NCBI GenBank assembly: GCA_029838215.1
Contig: JALGVI010000066.1
Span: 1 to 15,611 of the forward strand
Reading direction: 5' to 3'
From: Candidatus Helarchaeota archaeon
Lineage (GTDB): Archaea; Asgardarchaeota; Lokiarchaeia; Helarchaeales; RDOG01
DNA: 15,611 nucleotides
Shown here: positions 1 to 6,659 of the stretch, in pieces
Position numbering within the stretch: the stretch's first letter is position 1
Layout: the number at the start of each line of letters is the position of its first letter
Notes under the pieces: generated by a model
What the model was told of the DNA's origin: nothing
Database searches by the model: none
What the model saw: only the letters and a program-made list of their open reading frames with translations
Position numbers and translations under genes: made by a program

Positions 1-41
1 TAATTGCACGAACTAATGAAAGCTAGTTTTTCAAGAACAGA

Positions 42-530
42 CTATTTGGATCGTTTCAGGCGAACCCATTCATGATATTTTTTGATTTCTTTTTTCGATA
101 ACGGAAGAACGGGCGAAAAACCCTCTGCTCGTCCAAGACTCAGATCGAGCGTGAATATAATTCGGGTACCAAAACTTTGTGCTAAATTTAAAAGATAGCC
201 ATCCCAACTTTGTATATTATAAACACCTGCAAGCTTAATTGCTTGTATTGCACTAGAACGAGTAATTTCCTCATAGAAAGCCGGTGAATTTAACTGAAGA
301 GTTTTTTCTAAAGCCGTCATTGCATCTTGCTTTGTGATTCGGAGATATCGTGTCATCACGTGATATGCACCAAGAAAACAGGACACCGGAAGAATTACAC
401 GTCGCGATCCGCATAAAACATCTGCCAAAAATTCTATCATTTGAGTTTTGCAAGGGTTTTCGCAATGAGCAACAACTATCGGTCCGACGTCAACAATACC
501 TTCAACGGATCCCCAGCTTTCGTTCTGCAT
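42..530 (-). CDS. vapC: PIN-domain (VapC-like) toxin, type II TA system, ~162 aa
   Basis: PIN pattern: N-terminal strand GIVDVG, later SWDG and IIFTLD acidic motifs, correct size, directly downstream of an AbrB-type gene. The ORF track starts at 584; ATG at 530 (MQNESW) is preferred and overlaps the AbrB gene by 29 nt. Confidence 0.85.
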   Translation of the reverse strand: MQNESWGSVEGIVDVGPIVVAHCENPCKTQMIEFLADVLCGSRRVILPVSCFLGAYHVMTRYLRITKQDAMTALEKTLQLNSPAFYEEITRSSAIQAIKLAGVYNIQSWDGYLLNLAQSFGTRIIFTLDLSLGRAEGFSPVLPLSKKEIKKYHEWVRLKRSK

Positions 531-783
531 AATTTTTACCAATCCATTTATCGTCTGTTTCCTTTCCTTCAGGTACAACATCAATATGAACTGGAAATTT
601 CAGGAGATCTTGCTTCCAACGTTCAACATCTGCCCGCAAGTCCGAGCTGATCTTACGAATCACGAGTTCATTGCCGATTATTTTCAATTGAACTTCGCTG
701 TCCGAATTAAGACCCATCTTTCGGCGGATCTCTGCAGGAACCAATATTCTACCTTGTTTGTCCACTTTTACTGTGTTCGCCAT
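502..783 (-). CDS. AbrB/MazE/SpoVT-family DNA-binding antitoxin (VapB-like), ~93 aa
   Basis: VKVDKQGRILVPAEIRRKMGL...V.L...GNELVIRK is the swapped-hairpin AbrB signature. GGTGAG Shine-Dalgarno lies just upstream of ATG 783 (the ORF track uses TTG 795). Confidence 0.9.
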   Translation of the reverse strand: MANTVKVDKQGRILVPAEIRRKMGLNSDSEVQLKIIGNELVIRKISSDLRADVERWKQDLLKFPVHIDVVPEGKETDDKWIGKNYAERKLGIR

Positions 784-893
784 GATGCTCACCAAATGTT
801 TGATTATTCACCAGATTATATGTTTTTCCATTATGGAGTTAAATCTTGGAATCAACGAAATTCGGGTTCAAGCATTTTTCACATGTCCTGTTC

Positions 894-943
894 GCAAATA
901 TTTCTAAAAACTGAAGAGCACTCATAAAGCGAGGAATATTTGC
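894..943. repeat. Inverted repeat GCAAATATT-N32-AATATTTGC in the divergent TA / beta-CASP intergenic region
   Basis: 894-902 is the exact reverse complement of 935-943. The stem extends inward to 12 bp with one G-T pair (903-905 with 932-934). Confidence 0.6.
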
Positions 944-1082
944 TTGAAAATTCAGTAAAAACTGTCCTTTTTTTCACCATTTTAAAAAAGCACGTTAAAT
1001 TGCCTCTTGGATCATTTTTTTAAGAGAAGCCAAGCTCTTGTTTCAACGAGCTGATCAATAGTTCAAGTAAGAAGTGAGTCGC

Positions 1083-2798
1083 ATGTCGCAGAAGAAGGAG
1101 TGGAGCCATAAAGGCATACCCGTTTTGGAACACGAGAAGATCATTCATCGGTCGAAGAGTTATTACGAAGCAAAGAATAGTTCAAGACCTGCTGATAAGC
1201 CAATCTATGAAATTTCGAAAGCACTGGATTATTTCCTACAAGACGAGTCAATTCCTGAAAAAGAACGCCGTTCTATCACCGGTTTTTCCATTTTCAAGAA
1301 TGACCAAATAATTGCAATCCATTGTGCATGGGCACCGAAACTATGGGGGCAAAGAAACCAAATTTTTCAAGAAATCGGTTGGTATCCGCTCGTCACGGGA
1401 CGATTTTTGGGAGAAAGCCAAATATCAAAAAATAATGACAGGTGGCTCACGGGACGATACTTTCACGAGCTTGACTTTCCTGAATTTGACGTGAAAAAGA
1501 TCTCATTGCGTCGGCTCTCCACGAAAAGTGGAATTGCCATTCTCCTGATTTTCAATGATAATTTTAAAATTCTACTTGATTGTTGCTTGGATCTAAACGG
1601 ACCTGAGAAATGGTGTGCAAGGGATCAACCCGATCTCATATTTATCAGTCATGCTCACAGAGATCATTTTAATTCTTTAATGGATGTAGTTTCGCTGCGA
1701 ACTAACATCCCGATAATTCTATCTCACACCACCTTGGACCTCATTTCGTATTTTGAGCGAAAAAACATCAAGATCGAATCATATTTGGAAAAAAACGCAT
1801 ATCCGCTATATTTTAACGATTTTTTTAGCATAAACGAAGACATCGTTCTTCAAATCTTCAAGGCAGGGCATTATCCAGGGGCGGCAATGCTGCATGTCAC
1901 GACCCCCTATCACGACATTTTATACACGGGCGACTTCTCACTTTACGAACTTCAACCCGTTCGGAGTGGCTGGAGTTGCATTCAAAACTTGAATGGAACC
2001 CTGGATAGCCTGATAATCGAAGGGCAATTCTGCAATTGGTTTTTGGAATCTCAAAAATTCCTGCTTGATAAAGCCTGTGAAGAAGCATTCAAGGCACTCG
2101 AGGCGGGAGCTCCCGTTTTGGTATTGGGTGATCCCGGAAGCTGGTTGCTAATCCTTTACATCAAGTTTTTCTATTTTTTCAGCAGCAAGAAGAAAAAATG
2201 GAGAATCTATCTGGATGAACACACTCTTGAAATAATGAAAATCCTACGATATCGCCATGAAGACCTGTCCGAAAGCATTTCACAACAAATATCCCGATTC
2301 CACGACCCATTTATTTCCATAATTCGCCAAGACTTTGAAAAATTCAAGTTTGATGACCACTCCAAAAGCGATCCTCCCATAATCTTCTATAATTCCAATC
2401 GATACGAAAATCCGCCAAACGATACGTTGAAGCGGATCTTCGAAGATCCGAGCGCTTTTCTCATAATCACCGGTCCGATCCGAAATGAAGCCCTAAAATC
2501 CGTGTGGACGGATCGTGTCTTCGGGAATGGAAATGATAATGTTGTTAAATGCAAGATCTTCGGCTGGGATGGCTCAAAAACTTCCCCTGATTTCTGCCTA
2601 CATGCTGGAAAAATTCAAATACACGAAACATTCCGCCATCTAAAGCCCTCAAACGTCTTTCTTTTTCATGCTTCGCAGGAATACTTAAAACGATTCATTG
2701 AAAATTTCGAAGACAAAAGACGGAAGTTCTATTCCTTGATGGAATTAAAAGTTCTTGATTCTCAGTCCGAATACATCCTGTTCGAAGAAACAATTTGA
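1083..2798 (+). CDS. Metallo-beta-lactamase/beta-CASP family ribonuclease (CPSF73/aCPSF-like) with an N-terminal degenerate KH-like region, ~571 aa
   Basis: Motifs in order: LLDC (I), SHAHRDH (II, nt 1647-1667), AGHYPG (III), ILYTGDF (IV), DSLIIEG (A), FCLHAG (B), FLFHAS (C). Start is ATG 1083 or GTG 1074. Confidence 0.9.
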   Translation: MSQKKEWSHKGIPVLEHEKIIHRSKSYYEAKNSSRPADKPIYEISKALDYFLQDESIPEKERRSITGFSIFKNDQIIAIHCAWAPKLWGQRNQIFQEIGWYPLVTGRFLGESQISKNNDRWLTGRYFHELDFPEFDVKKISLRRLSTKSGIAILLIFNDNFKILLDCCLDLNGPEKWCARDQPDLIFISHAHRDHFNSLMDVVSLRTNIPIILSHTTLDLISYFERKNIKIESYLEKNAYPLYFNDFFSINEDIVLQIFKAGHYPGAAMLHVTTPYHDILYTGDFSLYELQPVRSGWSCIQNLNGTLDSLIIEGQFCNWFLESQKFLLDKACEEAFKALEAGAPVLVLGDPGSWLLILYIKFFYFFSSKKKKWRIYLDEHTLEIMKILRYRHEDLSESISQQISRFHDPFISIIRQDFEKFKFDDHSKSDPPIIFYNSNRYENPPNDTLKRIFEDPSAFLIITGPIRNEALKSVWTDRVFGNGNDNVVKCKIFGWDGSKTSPDFCLHAGKIQIHETFRHLKPSNVFLFHASQEYLKRFIENFEDKRRKFYSLMELKVLDSQSEYILFEETI

Positions 2799-2840
2799 AG
2801 CAATTCGTGAAAAAAATGTGGTTAACTGCATTAGTCTTAT

Positions 2841-2870
2841 CATTTTTTCTTGTTTTCTTAATTACTTTTT
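2841..2870 (+). terminator. T-rich tract, candidate archaeal terminator of the beta-CASP gene
   Basis: cattttttcttgttttcttaattacttttt starts ~40 nt after the stop at 2798; oligo-T tracts terminate archaeal transcription. Confidence 0.4.
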
Positions 2871-3036
2871 GAAACACGTGCTTCTAAATATGCTGGAGAT
2901 TATCGGGGATTTGCAAAACATCTGTTCAATGAAACTCCTTTTTTTTCAACTTGAACTCGTGAACTACTTGTTAGGGGGAACTCCAAAAAAGCCATAAATG
3001 ATGTTAAAAAATGAAGAATAAGTGATTCCCTTGACA

Positions 3037-3720
3037 ATGGATATTAGTAAAGATGCAAGGATCTTGCTGGTTGAAAGCGTGCTTAACGATTTAAAGGACC
3101 TGACGATTCAAAAACGGTATAAACTCCCTGCAAGCAAGGAAAAAACGCTTGAAGCGATCAGACGGCTTAATTCTGCCATAAAAAAGATTAAATTCAGCTA
3201 TCAAGCACCAATGGCTCTCGTAGATGATCCGATCGTGAAGGAGTTCGATCTCATGGCAAATCAATTTTGGAGTGCAATCTTGAAAAATGAGCGCGAGATT
3301 GAGAAGAACAGGTTAATGATGGCTGAGTTACGCTTCATTTTCGGCATATTGCTAGGGTTTAGAAAGCGATTAAAGCTTGGGGATGAAATTTCTCCTGAAA
3401 AAGCCATTGATATAATTGCCGTCAAGATAATTTCCACCACGATCTTGAATAAAAAAGAAAATTTGAGGATCTGTCGTGTTGGTGATGGAAAACGCATTCT
3501 CAACATCGTGACAAATTTATCCAATGTTAAAAAGGACATGGTTCTTCCTGTTGCCATCCTGCCTCCGAGGGAATTCGGTTCTGAAATTAGCGAAGCAATG
3601 TTTTGCTCGAATGAAGACCTAATCGAAATGCACGACAATGTTGGGGAGCGCGTGCTTCTACCCCAGAATGTTTTAAAGGAAGTAAATCAGCACGTCATAA
3701 GTCTCTTGAAGAAAGTTTAA
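3037..3720 (+). CDS. Archaeal RNA/tRNA-binding protein with a C-terminal EMAP/Trbp111-like OB fold (COG2517-like), ~227 aa
   Basis: N-terminus MDISKDARILL resembles the family start (D-T/I-S-K-D-x-R-L-L). C-terminal LRICRVGDG..NIVTN..VK..PVAILPPREF.SE.SEAMFC is an EMAP-type OB fold. ATG 3037 preferred over GTG 3022. Confidence 0.82.
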   Translation: MDISKDARILLVESVLNDLKDLTIQKRYKLPASKEKTLEAIRRLNSAIKKIKFSYQAPMALVDDPIVKEFDLMANQFWSAILKNEREIEKNRLMMAELRFIFGILLGFRKRLKLGDEISPEKAIDIIAVKIISTTILNKKENLRICRVGDGKRILNIVTNLSNVKKDMVLPVAILPPREFGSEISEAMFCSNEDLIEMHDNVGERVLLPQNVLKEVNQHVISLLKKV

Positions 3721-3785
3721 AGAATAAGCATGAAATTCATGACTGATTTACGAGTCTAAATTTCCATGTCGCACGTCATTCGGAC

Positions 3786-4322
3786 TTATAGTTTTCCTGT
3801 TTTGATTCTTTTAATAATGGATTTAACGAAATATCTTGCACTTTCCAAGTCTTCCGTGTTTGGATGTCCGATCAAATTTTTTACTGCTTCCTCTGCCGCC
3901 TTCTGTTTGTCTGGCGGGAGATCTTTCACGCGTTCAAGTTTTTCATCCAAAGTTAATCTCGGATCGTCTCCCAAACATTCGAATTCATCCAAGATCATCG
4001 AACCCGCCTCATTAATTCTTTTCCTTATTCGTTTCAAGAATTTCTTATAGATCTTCGGATCTGCAGTGGCATGCGTGTAAAAAAGCACGATTTTTGGTGG
4101 AATTTCCGAGGCATCTCGCAGCAATTTTTTAAGAGTCTTTCCGGGAAGACCTCCATAAATCCCCGTTCCCAGAAATGCCAAATCGTACGATTTTAGGCTG
4201 GAAGGATCAACTTCTGAAATCGATGAAATTGTCACGTCTTCCTCTTCAAGTGCATCTTTCATGGTTTCTGCGATTTTTTTTGTATTGCCTGTTTGAGTGT
4301 GATAAGCCATGACGATTTTCAT
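3786..4322 (-). CDS. Flavodoxin-family protein, 178 aa
   Basis: FMN phosphate loop YHTQTGNTKKIAE, DLAFLGTGIYGG, FECLG and C-terminal GHPNTEDLESA. Confidence 0.9.
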   Translation of the reverse strand: MKIVMAYHTQTGNTKKIAETMKDALEEEDVTISSISEVDPSSLKSYDLAFLGTGIYGGLPGKTLKKLLRDASEIPPKIVLFYTHATADPKIYKKFLKRIRKRINEAGSMILDEFECLGDDPRLTLDEKLERVKDLPPDKQKAAEEAVKNLIGHPNTEDLESARYFVKSIIKRIKTGKL

Positions 4323-4328
4323 GATTAA

Positions 4329-4353
4329 TTATCCTTTATCTTGAGAAGGATAA
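4329..4353. promoter_or_regulatory. Palindrome TTATCCTT-N9-AAGGATAA just upstream of the flavodoxin start, candidate operator or RBS-sequestering hairpin
   Basis: 4329-4336 and 4346-4353 are perfect 8-bp reverse complements. The arm nearest the gene reads AAGGATAA on the minus strand, 6 nt before the ATG. Confidence 0.5.
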
Positions 4354-4429
4354 ATCTTATGAATCTGGAATTATTTATTTAGAGAATAAGTTTTAATCAA
4401 CTGTTAGGATCAAACCAAGAACCGTTGTC

Positions 4430-4939
4430 GTGGGGAGAAGCTTGAAATCATATAAATTAATCATAATCGGGAGCCACTCCGTAGGTAAGACGACGTTATT
4501 GAATGCATATTTTGGGAAGGCGACTTCTGTTGAATATAAGCCCACGTTGGGCTTCGATATTAGAAGTAAATTGATCAAGGATGGCTCGAGATCAATTCAT
4601 CTCACGATTTGGGATATGGGAGGTCAGCTCCTTTTCAGCAAGTTTTATGACAGGCTATTCAAGGAAACCAACATCATCTTTCTCCTATATGATATCACGA
4701 ATCCTCTTTCCTATCACGAGCTTCAGACAGTCTGGATGGAAGAAATCAAAAAACGCAAGTTGCTCAAGGTACCGATCATAATTATCGGCAATAAAATAGA
4801 CCTCAAGGAAAAACGGGCCGTGAATCCTGACGAGGTCCAAGAGTATGTTAAAAAACATAAGCTCGACTACGTGGAAACATCTGCTTTAAAAGGCATTAAT
4901 GTAACGACTTTATTTGATGAAGTCATAAATCACTTGTGA
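4430..4939 (+). CDS. Rab-like small GTPase (Ras superfamily), 169 aa
   Basis: G1 GSHSVGKT, G2 YKPTLGFD, G3 IWDMGGQ, RabF5-like LYDIT, G4 GNKID, G5 ETSAL; no extra domains. Confidence 0.95.
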   Translation: MGRSLKSYKLIIIGSHSVGKTTLLNAYFGKATSVEYKPTLGFDIRSKLIKDGSRSIHLTIWDMGGQLLFSKFYDRLFKETNIIFLLYDITNPLSYHELQTVWMEEIKKRKLLKVPIIIIGNKIDLKEKRAVNPDEVQEYVKKHKLDYVETSALKGINVTTLFDEVINHL

Positions 4940-4989
4940 AGATTTATTATCTTGAATCGTTCGATGGATCATGCAATGAGAGAAGAATC

Positions 4990-5778
4990 ATGAGAATCCT
5001 TTTTTTTTCGCCGCATCCCGATGACATCGAGTTTGCCATGGCAAGTACCGAAGTCCAGCTCGTGAAAAAAGGCCATGAAGTTATCGAGGCGTGTTTCACG
5101 GCTGACGAATATGGGACAAGTGACAATGAATTTAAAGGAGAACGTATTTCACGAATTCGCCGGTGGGAGATGCGTGAAGCCGCAAGAGTCGTGGGCATCC
5201 ATGAACTCTATTGGTTGGGGTATATTGACGGCTACTCACGATTTGATGTCGGTTCGGTAAAAAAAATACGAGATTTTCTATTGCGAATCAATCCTGACGT
5301 GATATTTGCACCCGATCCGATATATTCAATAGACAACCACGTGGACCACATAAATTTGGGCAAGACGGTATGCCATGTCTGGGCTCGCTTGAAAAAGAAG
5401 CCGCCATGTTTATTATATTATACTTATCGTCCAAATTATTACGTGAAATCGAAGTATTGTGAACAGGCAAAAGAAGCATTTAAGAAACACATTTCTCAAG
5501 GATTTTCAAATCCATTATTTCTCAAAGCTAGTTGGCTGGTAAGATTTATTTTCGGATTCTTCACTCCGCATGCAATTTTTCCGGAAACCTTCAGGATTTT
5601 AGGAGTGGAGCAAATGAAAGGCTATCAAAATCCTGTAAGACCACCTCCTTTGGTAAAACGTTTTATCAACTGGCTCTTCAAGAATGCCGCGTTAAAATTC
5701 ATGCCTGAAGAAGAATTATATCTTCCGACACCGGAAGAGCTAGGATTGAAAGAATTTAGGTTCAAAATGCACGTTTAA
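4990..5778 (+). CDS. LmbE/PIG-L-family zinc deacetylase, copy A (diacetylchitobiose-deacetylase-like), ~262 aa
   Basis: Metal motifs PHPDD and HVDH, plus RRWE, FAPDP, LYYTYRPNYYV and KHISQ. ATG 4990 aligns with the paralog's start; the alternative GTG 4936 overlaps the GTPase stop (GTGA). Confidence 0.9.
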   Translation: MRILFFSPHPDDIEFAMASTEVQLVKKGHEVIEACFTADEYGTSDNEFKGERISRIRRWEMREAARVVGIHELYWLGYIDGYSRFDVGSVKKIRDFLLRINPDVIFAPDPIYSIDNHVDHINLGKTVCHVWARLKKKPPCLLYYTYRPNYYVKSKYCEQAKEAFKKHISQGFSNPLFLKASWLVRFIFGFFTPHAIFPETFRILGVEQMKGYQNPVRPPPLVKRFINWLFKNAALKFMPEEELYLPTPEELGLKEFRFKMHV

Positions 5779-5783
5779 TTGAC

Positions 5784-5826
5784 AAAAAGTTTAAATCCAT
5801 GAAAATGAGCTTTAAAATAATAAAGC
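5784..5826 (+). promoter_or_regulatory. Candidate BRE/TATA promoter plus short palindrome upstream of deacetylase copy B
   Basis: AAAAAG-TTTAAAT at 5784-5796 fits BRE+TATA; GCTTTA-N6-TAAAGC palindrome at 5809-5826. Confidence 0.4.
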
Positions 5827-5861
5827 ACCATTAATAAGAAGAGAATTTGTTGTAGATCATC

Positions 5862-6659
5862 ATGAGAGTCTTGTTTTTTGCACCGCATCCAGACGACGTG
5901 GAGTTTATCTGTGCCTGTACGGAAATAGATTTGATTAAAAAGGGTCATGATGTCATGATGGCTTGTTTCACGGGTGGAGAATATGGGATTTCTCGAGACG
6001 ATTTCAAAGGAGAACGTCTATCACGAATTCGGCGAAGAGAACTGAAGGAGTCCACGCGACTCGTAGGCGTGAAAAAACTATATTGGATGGGATTCATCGA
6101 TGGATATTCTCGATTCGATAAAGAGTCGATAAAAATGGTCGAGGAATTCATTCTAAAGGTCAAGCCCGACGTGATTTTTGCCCCAGACCCTTTTTATTCT
6201 GTTGACAGACACGTGGACCACATTAATCTGGCGAAAAACGTCTATTACGTTTGGTGTAGGTTGAAAAAACAGCCGATTTATCTTTTATACTACACGTACA
6301 TGCCGAACTATTACGTTCCTGCTCGGCACGGTAAAATAGCACGTGAAGCACTTAAGAAACACGTTTCCCAGGGTTTTTCTCGCCCATTTTCAGTTGGTTT
6401 TTCTTGGTTCGTGAAGTTTCTTTTTGGTTGTTTTGCTCCACATGCCGTTTTCGCCGAAGCCTTCCGAGTCTTGGGCGTGCAGCGATTTCTGAAGCACAAA
6501 AATCCCGTTCGCATGCCGAAACTCGTGAAAAAACTTTTCCATCTCTTGTTTAATGGGTTTGCCGTCATGCCCGATGAAATGCAATATCATCCCACGCCGG
6601 AACAGCTCGGATTGAAAGAATTTAGATATGACCTCGATGGCAATCTCTTGTCAACTTAA
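5862..6659 (+). CDS. LmbE/PIG-L-family zinc deacetylase, copy B (tandem paralog), 265 aa
   Basis: PHPDD and HVDH motifs, GVKKLYWMG, KPDVIFAPDP, LYYTYMPNYYV, KHVSQ. About 59% identical to copy A by hand alignment (154/262). Confidence 0.9.
   Translation: MRVLFFAPHPDDVEFICACTEIDLIKKGHDVMMACFTGGEYGISRDDFKGERLSRIRRRELKESTRLVGVKKLYWMGFIDGYSRFDKESIKMVEEFILKVKPDVIFAPDPFYSVDRHVDHINLAKNVYYVWCRLKKQPIYLLYYTYMPNYYVPARHGKIAREALKKHVSQGFSRPFSVGFSWFVKFLFGCFAPHAVFAEAFRVLGVQRFLKHKNPVRMPKLVKKLFHLLFNGFAVMPDEMQYHPTPEQLGLKEFRYDLDGNLLST

Noticed and set aside
474-505. Alternative frame TTG-MKVLLTSDR overlapping the AbrB stop, resembling a typical VapC start
   Set aside because: It stops after 9 codons, and the intact PIN frame already supplies GIVD, so no frameshift is needed.
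1393-1458. 12-bp in-frame direct repeat TCACGGGACGAT (1393-1404, 1447-1458)
   Set aside because: Only two copies, with non-matching flanks, in a CACG-rich genome; not a CRISPR or tandem array.
42-2798. TA module plus MBL nuclease as a single defence island
   Set aside because: Divergently transcribed, with no other defence or mobility genes and no obvious compositional shift; adjacency alone is insufficient.
2816-2872. 18-aa hydrophobic mini-ORF MWLTALVLSFFLVFLITF
   Set aside because: T-rich terminator-like DNA automatically encodes Phe/Leu runs; no RBS or other support.
3729-3756. CATGAA-A-TTCATG palindrome and GACT/AGTC stem between convergent genes
   Set aside because: Too short, with a 1-nt loop; within chance expectation.
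4937-4993. TGA read-through (selenocysteine) of the GTPase giving a C-terminal tail
   Set aside because: The G-domain is complete at the stop; the extension (RFIILNRSMDHAMREES) has no motif and no SECIS-like element was seen.
4990-6659. Calling the deacetylases true GPI-pathway PIG-L orthologs
   Set aside because: No N-terminal TM anchor and no PIG-A-like glycosyltransferase nearby; motifs are closer to archaeal Dac/BshB-type enzymes. Kept only as an alternative hypothesis.
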